From Patescibacteria group bacterium (GTDB lineage Bacteria; Patescibacteriota; UBA1384; XYA2-FULL-43-10; 1-14-0-10-43-13), in contig JBAZBD010000001.1 in the NCBI GenBank assembly GCA_041671645.1, positions 85,561-149,560 of the forward strand: DNA of 64,000 bases, read 5' to 3'. A program made the position numbers and the translations under genes. Shown here one piece after another: positions 47,081 through 55,944 of this stretch (the first letter of the stretch is position 1; every line of letters starts with the position of its first letter). The notes beneath the pieces were generated by a model that searched no databases, was not told where the DNA came from, and was given only the letters and a program-made list of their open reading frames with translations.

Positions 47081-47464
47081 CTATTTGCTCTCTTTTCCAT
47101 CATTAATCTTGATGAATTTGGTCTTGGCTTTTTCGTCCTTGGAGATTTCAATGCGAAGAAGGCCGTCTTTCAAAGTAGCCTTGGCACTCTCAGAATTGAT
47201 GGCGATTGGCATGACGTAGGAGCGTGAAAAAGGCCCCCAATAGCACTCTTGGGTGAAATGTTTGTCGCTTGGCAAATCATGTCCGGCCTGGCGGGTACCC
47301 TTGATGGTGATAACTTCGTCAGTGATGGAGATATCCACATCAGAAGCTTTCACCCCGGCGATTGGGGCCAAGATGTAAACATTGTGGTCATCATGAAAAA
47401 CATCGACAGCAAGCTGGCCTTCTGTTTCTTCGGCTAACCAATCATTGTTATGATTTTCGACCAC
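47081..47464 (-). CDS. Hsp20/alpha-crystallin small heat-shock protein
   Basis: AVDVF, ITIKGTR, ECYWGPFSRS and LKDGLLRI motifs. Confidence 0.92.
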   Translation of the reverse strand: MVENHNNDWLAEETEGQLAVDVFHDDHNVYILAPIAGVKASDVDISITDEVITIKGTRQAGHDLPSDKHFTQECYWGPFSRSYVMPIAINSESAKATLKDGLLRIEISKDEKAKTKFIKINDGKESK

Positions 47465-47540
47465 GACCCTCCTTTAGGTTCTGGACTAGTTCAAATCAAG
47501 CGATATACTAGATATAAATATTATATACTTATAGAGACCC

Positions 47541-48284
47541 ATGTCAACAACTTTTGAAAAATCAAAATATGGCAAAATGCTCTCTTTTCCAAAGCTAATC
47601 CTGGCATCACTATTTGACATTCTTTATCCCAATAGATGTATCAATTGCGGGCATTATGGACAACTCTTATGTCTTGAGTGTGCCAGCGATCTCGAGATTC
47701 TCAAAAGCTATACCTGCTATGGATGTGGGAAACTGAGCCAATTTGGAAAATTGTGCAACAATTGCAAGAAACAGCTTGGTGGTAACATCGATAGCATCAT
47801 TTATGCAGTTGATTATAGTAGTAAGATAGCCAAAACGTTGATATCGGCCTTCAAATACTCTGGAATTACGGAGTTATCCACAACTTTGTCCGCCCTGTTG
47901 ATAACTCGAATCCCGAGCTTGGAGCCTGGAATTATAATGCCTGTACCACTACATCCATCAAAGAAATTGCGGCGAGGATTTAACCAATCAGAATTACTGG
48001 CCAAGGAGATATCGAAAAAGCTAGGATTTCCCCTGAATAACTATTTAGTTCGGGTCAAGAATACCCAGTCGCAGGTCGGCTTGTCGCGAGCGAAAAGACT
48101 TCAAAATTTGGAACAAGCATTTGTCTGCCGAAATAGCTGGCGGATCAAGGGGAAAGTGGTCTATTTGGTTGATGATGTAGTGACGACGGGGAGTACTTTT
48201 GCTGCCTGTGCGAGCGTTTTGAAAGAGGCAGGGGCCAAAAAGGTAGTCTGCCTGGCAATCGCCCGCAATCTCCACATGAAATAA
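47541..48284 (+). CDS. comF: ComF-family protein (Zn ribbon + PRTase)
   Basis: CxxC pairs, PVPLH, RGFNQS and LVDDVVTTGST motifs. Confidence 0.92.
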   Translation: MSTTFEKSKYGKMLSFPKLILASLFDILYPNRCINCGHYGQLLCLECASDLEILKSYTCYGCGKLSQFGKLCNNCKKQLGGNIDSIIYAVDYSSKIAKTLISAFKYSGITELSTTLSALLITRIPSLEPGIIMPVPLHPSKKLRRGFNQSELLAKEISKKLGFPLNNYLVRVKNTQSQVGLSRAKRLQNLEQAFVCRNSWRIKGKVVYLVDDVVTTGSTFAACASVLKEAGAKKVVCLAIARNLHMK

Positions 48285-48355
48285 CGACCAAGCAATTAAT
48301 TTTTCGTAATTCAGCTTGAATATTTGCCCAAAAAATGTTATTGTTTGAGCTGCCT

Positions 48356-48443
48356 GGAGAGGTCGCATAGTGGTCGAGTGCAACTGTCTTGAAAACAGTC
48401 AGGCCGCAAGGTCTCGTGGGTTCGAATCCCACCCTCTCCGCCA
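48356..48443 (+). tRNA. tRNA-Ser(TGA)
   Basis: actgt-ctTGAaa-acagt anticodon arm, long variable arm, GGTTCGAATCC and GCCA end. Confidence 0.95.
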
Positions 48444-48521
48444 ATGAAAATGTCGCTAGTAATAGCGGCTTTTTTGTTGCATTATCATGGTACAATTAAA
48501 GTAATTAAATAGAGGAGTATC

Positions 48522-48902
48522 ATGACAAAGAACCTGGAGATTTATCACTGTCCTGTCTGCGGTAATACTGTCGAGATTGTCGGTGAAGGCGCGGGAAAAT
48601 TGGTTTGCTGCGGCCAGCCAATGGAGAAAATGACGGAGAATACAAGTGATGGGGCAAAGGAAAAACATGTCCCGGTAATTGAAAAAGATACGGAAAACAA
48701 GAAGCTAATCGTTAGGATAGGGGAGGCGCCTCACCCAATGACTGATGAGCATTATATACAATGGGTCGAGGTAACAACAGATGGATCTACGCGAAGGAAG
48801 TTTCTGAACGCCGGGGACGACCCAAAGGTCGAATTCTGCTTACCAAAGGGCGATATAACGGTACGAATCTACTGTAATCTGCATGGACTCTGGAGCAAAT
48901 AG
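48522..48902 (+). CDS. dfx: Desulfoferrodoxin (2Fe superoxide reductase)
   Basis: CPVCGN...CCGQPM, EKHVP, HPM..EHYI.W and YCNLHGLW motifs. Confidence 0.95.
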   Translation: MTKNLEIYHCPVCGNTVEIVGEGAGKLVCCGQPMEKMTENTSDGAKEKHVPVIEKDTENKKLIVRIGEAPHPMTDEHYIQWVEVTTDGSTRRKFLNAGDDPKVEFCLPKGDITVRIYCNLHGLWSK

Positions 48903-48918
48903 AGCGACAGTTTATAAC

Positions 48919-48952
48919 AAATAAACACCTCAGATATCTGAGGTGTTTATTT
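48919..48952. terminator. 34-bp perfect palindrome, probable bidirectional terminator
   Basis: aaataaacacctcagat|atctgaggtgtttattt between convergent genes. Confidence 0.8.
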
Positions 48953-48971
48953 TATGGTAGCAGTTTGAAGA

Positions 48972-49496
48972 TTACTCGATGCAACAGTCGATTGCTTTTT
49001 TGACCAAGGTACCTAGTTTGCCGAAGACGCCCTTCTTGGTCTCATCTTTCTTGTCTAGCGCTCCGTCATCAATCTTTTTTACTTCATCCAATTTGATCGC
49101 TTTTAAGTTGATGCCCCAGAAGAGGGAATAAAGATTATAGGCCTTTTCGAACATGTCCTTGGCTTCGTCGTCTTTGCCACGGCCTAGTGCCTTGGTCCCC
49201 ACTTCCATCAGTCTCATAGATGCTGACAAGAGGTGTTTGGAGATACACCAGACTTCGCCTTCGTAATCAGGCACAATCTTCTTGAGTAGCTCTTTGCGCA
49301 TCTCTCTGGTCTCTTTGAGCAAATCGAAATACTTATCATCACCCGTTTTCTTGGCGGTAAAGAAAAAGTGCTCTTCGATTGAAATCAAGTTCATAATTGC
49401 AATCGAAAGATCCTCATCGGCGGAAAGGTCAAACTTGTTGTCCTTTTTCGAGTCGTTTATCTTCTGAATGAACTTATCTACATTATCTATTGGCAT
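48972..49496 (-). CDS. Hypothetical helical protein ending DCCIE
   Basis: 174-aa ORF with EEHF and WCISKHLL; GGAGG upstream. Confidence 0.75.
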   Translation of the reverse strand: MPIDNVDKFIQKINDSKKDNKFDLSADEDLSIAIMNLISIEEHFFFTAKKTGDDKYFDLLKETREMRKELLKKIVPDYEGEVWCISKHLLSASMRLMEVGTKALGRGKDDEAKDMFEKAYNLYSLFWGINLKAIKLDEVKKIDDGALDKKDETKKGVFGKLGTLVKKAIDCCIE

Positions 49497-49512
49497 TACG
49501 ATCCTCCACTAT

Positions 49513-50109
49513 TTAAAACATGGCTGAATGGTCGGCGCGGACATAATCAGGGTAAATTTCCTCTTCGGAAAACCAGTGCGCGATTTCATTCTCGGCTTCT
49601 TCGGCGGTCTCTGAGGCGTGAACGAGGTTCTTGACAGCTCGCTGATTGAGGTTGGCGGCGGCAGGGGAGTCTACAGAATAATCTCCTCTGATCGTACCGA
49701 TTTCAGCCTTGTTCGGCAGGGTAGAGCCGGTAATTTTGCGAATCATGTCTCTTGCGTGGATGCCTTCGATGACCATAGCGACGACTGGAGCCTCAGTCAT
49801 AAAATCGATCAACCATTGGCGGACCTGTTTGCCAGCTTCTAGATTGTTGTCGGTCCCCATAACTTCTTTAGGATCAAGACCATACTCCTTGAAAACGTTG
49901 AATCCCTTGTCCCCGAGACGGGCGATCCAAGTTTCGTCTTTGGGGTAGTGATCGTTGATATGCTCGAGGGTTGGCTTGACCATCTTGAGGGCGATAACCT
50001 TGAGCCCACGTTTTTCGAAACGGCTGACTATTTCTCCAATCAATCCTCTCTCTACACCGTCAGGTTTGACCATAACGAATGTTCTCTCAATCGCTGTACG
50101 ATTTTCCAT
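49513..50109 (-). CDS. ndk: Nucleoside diphosphate kinase
   Basis: ERTFVMVKPDGVERGLIGEI, GTIRGDY and NLVHASE motifs. Confidence 0.95.
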   Translation of the reverse strand: MENRTAIERTFVMVKPDGVERGLIGEIVSRFEKRGLKVIALKMVKPTLEHINDHYPKDETWIARLGDKGFNVFKEYGLDPKEVMGTDNNLEAGKQVRQWLIDFMTEAPVVAMVIEGIHARDMIRKITGSTLPNKAEIGTIRGDYSVDSPAAANLNQRAVKNLVHASETAEEAENEIAHWFSEEEIYPDYVRADHSAMF

Positions 50110-50117
50110 TTTATTCC

Positions 50118-51398
50118 TTAAAACCTTAATATTTCTTCTGCTTTTTCTTTGCTAAAATTCTGGCCGACAAAACCCAAGGCAAGATTCGACTCAATCAGAT
50201 ATTTCCTGCCAATGTTGATTATATCATCTCGGGTAATTTTTTCTAATATAATAGAAATTTCCTTTACGCTCAATATTTCCTTGCCCATGACTGATTGCAG
50301 GGCGAAGTGTGTGGCGACTTCACTGGTGTCTTCTTCGCTGATGAGCATTCGCCCGTAAACGATCTCCTTAGCCCGTCTGACTTCTGCCTCGGTAAGATCT
50401 TCAAAGACGCGGTGATATTCACGCAGAATCGCTTCTATCGCCTCGGAGACACGTTCATGTGGTACGCCGGCGTATGTTTCGATGACACCGATGTCTTGGT
50501 AGCTAGAGGAGGAGGTTCTGACCGCATAGGCCAAGCCCTTTTTCTCGCGAATTTCAGTAAACATTCTGGAGCTCATGGAGCCGCCAAGAATCATCGCCAG
50601 AAGCTTCAAGGCATATTTATCTTTATTATTGTACCCAGCGCCTCGAAACCCGATGATGACGTTGGATTGCTCAGTTTGCTTCTCTACAAGTTTGATTGCT
50701 TTGCTAGTGTTTAGATTTGTATCGGGGCAAAGGGTTTCCTCACCCTCGGGAAGGGTAAAATATCTTTGAACCAAGGCTTTGGCCTCATCGAGAGTAATAT
50801 CGCCAATGTTTCCAGCCAAGACGACAATGCCGTTGGCAGCAGTATAATTATCGTGATGGTAATTGACCAAGTCCTCACGTGTGAGAGAGACGATGCTTTT
50901 CTCGTATCCGATCACGTCTCGGCCTAGATTGTTACTGCCAAGCAGAGCTTCTTCAAATTTACTCGAAGCGACCTCCATAGGGAGATCTTCGTACATTTTT
51001 AATTCCTGCAAAATAACCTGCTTTTCCTGCTCAAACTCTTCCTCGGGGAAGAGCGGATTGAGGACAAGGTCAGAAACAAAATCGATCGATCTTTCCAAAT
51101 ATTTAGAGGCAACTTTGGCGTAATAACCAGTGTATTCTTTGCTGGTGAAAGCGTTGTGCTCTCCGCCGATATCCTCGATAAACTCTGAGATCAAAGTCGA
51201 GGTTGGTCTTTGTGTCGTCCCCTTGTAGAGCATGTGCTCAAGAACATGGGAAATGCCAGCAATCCGGTCCTCTTCATAACGACTGCCAACACCAAATACT
51301 GCCATCGTTGTTACGACTTCACGTGAGCTGTCTGGAATTATGACCAGCCGCAATCCGTTGTCCAAAGTGAATTTTGTGTATTTTTCTATGTTTTTCAT
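50118..51398 (-). CDS. M16 (pitrilysin-like) Zn peptidase
   Basis: GISHVLEHM (HxxEH), NAFTSKEYT and SSRMFTEIREKKGLAY motifs; start at MKNIEK. Confidence 0.93.
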   Translation of the reverse strand: MKNIEKYTKFTLDNGLRLVIIPDSSREVVTTMAVFGVGSRYEEDRIAGISHVLEHMLYKGTTQRPTSTLISEFIEDIGGEHNAFTSKEYTGYYAKVASKYLERSIDFVSDLVLNPLFPEEEFEQEKQVILQELKMYEDLPMEVASSKFEEALLGSNNLGRDVIGYEKSIVSLTREDLVNYHHDNYTAANGIVVLAGNIGDITLDEAKALVQRYFTLPEGEETLCPDTNLNTSKAIKLVEKQTEQSNVIIGFRGAGYNNKDKYALKLLAMILGGSMSSRMFTEIREKKGLAYAVRTSSSSYQDIGVIETYAGVPHERVSEAIEAILREYHRVFEDLTEAEVRRAKEIVYGRMLISEEDTSEVATHFALQSVMGKEILSVKEISIILEKITRDDIINIGRKYLIESNLALGFVGQNFSKEKAEEILRF

Positions 51399-51479
51399 GA
51401 CTTTCAATATAGCTTTTTTGTGTTGCCAAAGCAACGCCAACGAAAAAAGCGGCCTAAGCCGCAATTTATCAAATGAAAA

Positions 51480-51555
51480 TGGTACCCGCGAAGGGAATCG
51501 GACCCCCGACCTCTCGGACCGCAACCGAGCGCTCTATCCACTGAGCTACGCGGGC
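51480..51555 (-). tRNA. tRNA-Arg(GCG)
   Basis: 76-nt cloverleaf with ctcgg-ttGCGgt-ccgag anticodon arm and ACCA end. Confidence 0.88.
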
Positions 51556-51563
51556 ACAAATAA

Positions 51564-52097
51564 CTAAAATTTAATCCAGCGGTTAATTCTATCGGTCAAA
51601 CCCTCGCCATGACTTTCCTCGGGCAGATGATTGGCCAGGAATTCTCTGATCTTCTCAACGTCGGCGTTTTTGGCTGGCATCATGATCTGATTGGCAACTT
51701 TACCTGACAGGGTGAAGTAAAACTTTGGCACCAGTCCGTCAATCAGCCAGAAGTCCTTCATCTCTTGAAAATCGACAACCCGATTGTCTACAACGATGCC
51801 TTTTTCGTACACGGCACACTCAAGTATCCGTGGCTTTAATCCTGTCAAAAAAAGATAAAGATAAGCGACCAGAACCAAAACCATACCAGTCCACATGGTC
51901 TGAAAATAAAGCAGGGCGCCAAGGGCTATAGCAATAATTGTCGTAACCAGATACCAGAGCGGACTTCGCTCCTGACTTGCAAAATCGGCTGATTTCCAGT
52001 TGAAAACGGGCTTATCAACTTTGGTGTCCAGGCTCGGTTTGGCTGGAGCCGGCGCTTTTTTCTCGGCCTTTTCTTTCTTGCTATCTTCTTTTGCCAT
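51564..52097 (-). CDS. Two-TM hypothetical protein with a PH-like C-terminal part
   Basis: ERSPLWY, two TMs, GIVVD...F.EMKDFW. Confidence 0.75.
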   Translation of the reverse strand: MAKEDSKKEKAEKKAPAPAKPSLDTKVDKPVFNWKSADFASQERSPLWYLVTTIIAIALGALLYFQTMWTGMVLVLVAYLYLFLTGLKPRILECAVYEKGIVVDNRVVDFQEMKDFWLIDGLVPKFYFTLSGKVANQIMMPAKNADVEKIREFLANHLPEESHGEGLTDRINRWIKF

Positions 52098-52158
52098 ATT
52101 CCCCTCTTTCTTAACAAATTTGGCGGAACGCTAAGCGTTCCATTTGCCACGCTAAGCG

Positions 52159-52251
52159 TGGCGGAAGGTGAGGGATTCGAACCCTCGTGGCGGCTTTTAG
52201 ACCACCGGCGGTTTAGCAAACCGCTCCCTTAAGCCACTTGGGTAACCTTCC
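52159..52251 (-). tRNA. tRNA-Ser(GCT)
   Basis: gcggt-ttGCTaa-accgc anticodon arm, long variable arm and GCCA end. Confidence 0.94.
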
Positions 52252-52391
52252 TTATGCAAATGGTACCTTCCGGACTTCGTTTAGATTACCATAATTCTCT
52301 AGGGAAATCCACCCACCCCAGTTGAAATAAGTCTGATAACAAGAGATAATGCTTTTAGTTTATAGCCTTTAGTTCTTAGAATTTTGTTATT

Positions 52392-52916
52392 ATGCACAAA
52401 AAGCAGTCAGCTTTTATTTTCAGCTCGTTTGCGATGGTTTCTGCCGGTATCTTGCTGGTTCCGGCCAAGGCTTTTGCTATCTGCCAGGTAGTTTGTCCGA
52501 TTGTGGTGGCTAGCACGTTGACTCTTCTAGAGAAATATGGCATCGATAACACAATTTCCGGTCTCTGGATTGGGGGAGCGCTACTGCTCTCGTCTATTAT
52601 CACGATTGACTGGATCAAGAAGTGGAAAAGTCATTGGTCAATCAACTTGGCTGTGTTTACTTTATTTTACGCGGGGACATTTCTACCTCTCTATTTCAAG
52701 CATATCATCGGTGACCCGACCAAGGTGCTCTGGGGCATGGACAAAACTCTTCTCGGCGTCGTGGTTGGAAGCATATTTTTCTACCTTGGTGATTGGGCAT
52801 ACCGAATTATCAAGGCGAAAAATGGTGGCAAGGCCTGGTTTCCTTTTCAGAAGGCGGTCATGCCCCTGATCCCGATCGCAATTTTTAGCTGGATATTTTA
52901 TCTCATCACCAAGTAA
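52392..52916 (+). CDS. Hypothetical membrane protein
   Basis: AICQVVCP, GID.TISGLWIGG, DK.LLG and FPFQK segments; 4-5 TMs. Confidence 0.75.
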   Translation: MHKKQSAFIFSSFAMVSAGILLVPAKAFAICQVVCPIVVASTLTLLEKYGIDNTISGLWIGGALLLSSIITIDWIKKWKSHWSINLAVFTLFYAGTFLPLYFKHIIGDPTKVLWGMDKTLLGVVVGSIFFYLGDWAYRIIKAKNGGKAWFPFQKAVMPLIPIAIFSWIFYLITK

Positions 52917-52930
52917 ACCATAAAGCATTT

Positions 52931-54019
52931 ATGCAATATTTAATTGGTTTCTCAATAGCCCTTGTCCTCTCACTCTTTTTGACTGGAATCGCTCGCAAAA
53001 TCGGCATCAAATACAACATAATGTCCAAGCCGAGGAAGCGGGACGTCCATTTGCGCCCGATGCCTAGAATCGGTGGCCCGGCTATTTTTGTTGCTTTTGC
53101 TGTCGCTCTTTTCCTCGTCTTTCTACGTTTTAATATAGATCCGAGCGCCGATAACACCACGCATATATTTAATCTACGTATCTGGGGGATTGTGCTGGGC
53201 GGTCTGGCAGTAGTTGGTCTTAATTTATTTGATGATCTTAAAGGTCTTTCTCCTCTCAAAAAGCTAATGATTCAGGTTTTTGCCGCTCTGGTCGTGATTG
53301 CTTCTGGCGTTGGGATAGACCATCTGACTAATCCATTCGGCCCAGAGATTAATCTAAACTCTGTCTATGTCCCGATATTCTCGCTGGACGGGGTAGTCTA
53401 CCACTTCTCTCTTTGGTCCGATCTGCTGACTCTGATCTGGCTCGTCGGGATGATGAATATCATGAACTTCGTCGACGGTGTTGATGGCTTGGCGGGTGGG
53501 CTTGCCACTATCGCCGCATTTATCCTCTTCCTGCTCTCGATTTCAACGGTTGTCAATCAACCTTCTACTGCCATGATCGCAATAGTCTTCGCTGGGGCGG
53601 TCTCGGGCTTTCTTTATTGGAATTTCCCGCCAGCCAAGATCTTCATGGGTGATTCCGGTAGTATGTTCTTGGGCTTTATGCTTGGTGTCCTTCCGCTCAT
53701 TTCTGGAGGCAAATTGGCAACTGCCTTCCTGGTCCTGGGCTTTCCAATTATCGATGGCTTTGTTGTAGCAATCGGGAGAATTGTGAGAGGGAAGAATCCG
53801 ATCAATACTCCCGACAAAACGCACATTCATCACCGTTTCTTGGGCGCAGGATTTTCAACACGCCAGTCAATATTGGCAATGTATTTTATTGCCGCCGCCT
53901 TTGGTTGGGTCGCCCTTCGCTCCACAACAGCAGAAAAATTCACCGCCGCCGGTGTTTTGTTCCTGTTAGTATTACTTACGATATATTTGCTCACTCGTTT
54001 TCGTCGAAAACGCTCTTAG
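52931..54019 (+). CDS. Glycosyltransferase family 4 (TagO/WecA-like undecaprenyl-phosphate GlcNAc-1-P transferase)
   Basis: PRIGG, FDD, NFVDGVDGLA, NFPPAKIFMGDSGS and DKTHIHH motifs. Confidence 0.92.
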   Translation: MQYLIGFSIALVLSLFLTGIARKIGIKYNIMSKPRKRDVHLRPMPRIGGPAIFVAFAVALFLVFLRFNIDPSADNTTHIFNLRIWGIVLGGLAVVGLNLFDDLKGLSPLKKLMIQVFAALVVIASGVGIDHLTNPFGPEINLNSVYVPIFSLDGVVYHFSLWSDLLTLIWLVGMMNIMNFVDGVDGLAGGLATIAAFILFLLSISTVVNQPSTAMIAIVFAGAVSGFLYWNFPPAKIFMGDSGSMFLGFMLGVLPLISGGKLATAFLVLGFPIIDGFVVAIGRIVRGKNPINTPDKTHIHHRFLGAGFSTRQSILAMYFIAAAFGWVALRSTTAEKFTAAGVLFLLVLLTIYLLTRFRRKRS

Positions 54020-54555
54020 ATTGCTTCGGCCGAAATGCTCTCTGCCGCTTGTTCTATGGCTAGAATAGGGCTTTTCCCTTTGACGATGATCTTGCGGCCG
54101 TCAAAATCGATCACATCTTTCGAGGGGATGACGGTCTCTTTGAGAAGACTTTGAATATAAAACTTTGAGAGGGCGAGAGTTTTGCTATCGATCAAATAAT
54201 CATAAACTTTGCCGATATAAGCGCCTGATTCAAAAAAAGCTTTTTGATTTAGGCCATAATATCTTTTCTTAAATAAATCCTTGGCCGTCTGTGCCTCTTC
54301 GAGCTGGATGACGGCATCTTCGTCTTTGACGATGACTGCCTCCTTTAATACTTCAATCACGTCAACTGCTAGCACGACACGAGGCGCCCCAAACGAAAAA
54401 ATAGAATTCAGAAGTATGAATCCTATTATTTTTTGGCCGCTTGGATCTACAAGAATATCGGCGACTTTACCAAGTCTGCTCTGATCGCGGAGGTCAAATA
54501 TCGGCAATCCAATAAGTTTGGTATAACGCAAAATCATAGCTAGATCATAGTTCAA
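54016..54555 (-). CDS. Tandem PRC-barrel protein
   Basis: LIGLPI...LGKVADILVD and G.YIGKVYDYLID. Confidence 0.8.
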   Translation of the reverse strand: MNYDLAMILRYTKLIGLPIFDLRDQSRLGKVADILVDPSGQKIIGFILLNSIFSFGAPRVVLAVDVIEVLKEAVIVKDEDAVIQLEEAQTAKDLFKKRYYGLNQKAFFESGAYIGKVYDYLIDSKTLALSKFYIQSLLKETVIPSKDVIDFDGRKIIVKGKSPILAIEQAAESISAEAI

Positions 54556-54583
54556 AAATGCAAATTGTTCAAACTATTTTCGC

Positions 54584-55147
54584 CTAATTGGCGCGTTCGA
54601 CGTAAGATCCGTCGCGAGTGTCGACCACGATTTTGTCACCTTCTTTGATAAAGATTGGGGTGTCGATAATGGCATCAGTCTCGATGGTGACTCTCTTGGT
54701 CACGGCTGAAGCGGTGTTGCCTTTGACGGCTGGAGGAGCGGAAGTAACCTTGAAAATCATTTTGATTGGCAACTCAATGTCCAAGGCCTCATTGTTGAAA
54801 TAAAGAATATCGACGTTTGAATTTTCAATCAGATATTGTTTCTGGCTTCCGATCTTGGAGGCAGGGATAGTGAATTGGTCGAAGGACTGATTGTCCATGA
54901 AGTAAGCCTCATCTTCATCGGAATAGAGGTAGAGGGCAGTTTTCTTGGAGAGATCGGCTTCATCAACTTTGTCAGCTCCCTGAAAGGTCTTGTCGACGGT
55001 GGCGCCAGTGCGAAGATTCTTGATCTTAGTCTTGACGACTGCGCCGCCTCGTCCCTGCTTGGAATGGTAATAGGAAATAACGACGAAAGGATCACCTTCC
55101 ATCGTAAATTTGGTTCCTGTTTTGAGATCGGTAATTGAAAGCATCAC
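54584..55147 (-). CDS. efp: Elongation factor P
   Basis: DLKTG, KQGRGGA, KIKNLRTG, FMD..SFDQ, KGNTA and VDTRDGSYVER motifs. Confidence 0.95.
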   Translation of the reverse strand: MMLSITDLKTGTKFTMEGDPFVVISYYHSKQGRGGAVVKTKIKNLRTGATVDKTFQGADKVDEADLSKKTALYLYSDEDEAYFMDNQSFDQFTIPASKIGSQKQYLIENSNVDILYFNNEALDIELPIKMIFKVTSAPPAVKGNTASAVTKRVTIETDAIIDTPIFIKEGDKIVVDTRDGSYVERAN

Positions 55148-55151
55148 AAAA

Positions 55152-55231
55152 AATTTCTAATTAATAATTATTAATTTCTAATCAAATTCTAATTCTCAAT
55201 TATTAAAAATTAGAAAATGAAAATTAATAAT
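55152..55231. repeat. Empty AT-rich heptamer two-arm element between rpsR and efp
   Basis: aatttct aattaat aattatt aatttct aatcaa attct... tattaaa aattaga aaatgaa aattaat. Confidence 0.7.
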
Positions 55232-55438
55232 TTATCTGACTGTGTAAGGCAAAAGAGCAAGGAATCTAGCTTTCTTGACTGCGTTTTCGACAGCGCGCTG
55301 GTGGCCGGCACAGTTGTTGGTGCGGCTAGCAGGCTGGATCTTGTTCCAGCGATCAAGATAGCGTGAAAGAGCGGCTACGTCTTTGTAGTCAATCTCCATA
55401 TTCTTTGTTTTGCAAACTAAACATCTTCGTTTTGGCAT
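55232..55438 (-). CDS. rpsR: 30S ribosomal protein S18 (Zn-binding form)
   Basis: CLVC, IDYKD, KIQP..RT..CA.HQR and AVKKARFLALLPY motifs. Confidence 0.95.
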   Translation of the reverse strand: MPKRRCLVCKTKNMEIDYKDVAALSRYLDRWNKIQPASRTNNCAGHQRAVENAVKKARFLALLPYTVR

Positions 55439-55449
55439 GGTATTTCCTA

Positions 55450-55902
55450 TTAAAATGGTATTTCTTCTATGTCGATTTCTTCATCGTTCTTTGGTGCGCT
55501 AACAGGAGCAACTTTCTCTGCTGGAGCGTGTTCGGCTGAACTCTTTGGCTCGTAGCTTCCGCCGCCTGTGCGGCTACCGAGAACGATAATATTGTCAGCG
55601 ATAATTTCTGTTTTGTATCTTTTGACGCTGTCCTGGCCTTCCCAGTTGCGTGTCTCGATTCGTCCTTCGATGAAGACTGGCCCGCCCTTTTTCAGCATTG
55701 GCACTACTGCCTCAGCTTGTTTGCCCCAGACCACAATGTCGTGGTATTGGGTATCTTCTCCGTCAGCGGCGCCATCTCGGCCTTTCCATTTGCGGTTGGT
55801 GGCAACTGCGAAGTTGGCAACAGCTTGGCCGTTTGGGGTGAATCTCATCTCGGGGTCACGGGTCAAATTTCCTATCAGTTGAGCACGGTTTAGATTAAGC
55901 AT
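55450..55902 (-). CDS. ssb: Single-stranded DNA-binding protein
   Basis: LNRAQLIGNLTRDPE; acidic C-terminal EEIPF. Confidence 0.97.
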   Translation of the reverse strand: MLNLNRAQLIGNLTRDPEMRFTPNGQAVANFAVATNRKWKGRDGAADGEDTQYHDIVVWGKQAEAVVPMLKKGGPVFIEGRIETRNWEGQDSVKRYKTEIIADNIIVLGSRTGGGSYEPKSSAEHAPAEKVAPVSAPKNDEEIDIEEIPF

Positions 55903-55944
55903 ACGTTCCTTTCAACTATGTTAAATATCAAATTCCTATTTGGA

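Noticed and set aside
51399-51524. N-terminal extensions given by the ORF track (M16 peptidase; also 2899, 6499, 7095, 13289, 31313, 39556, 45973, 61631)
   Set aside because: They run through tRNA, promoter or repeat sequence; downstream starts fit -10 or SD signals better.
37812-52251. Three tRNA-Ser genes as a sign of recoding or islands
   Set aside because: They are the ordinary isoacceptors CGA, TGA and GCT, and TGA is used as a stop codon in this window.
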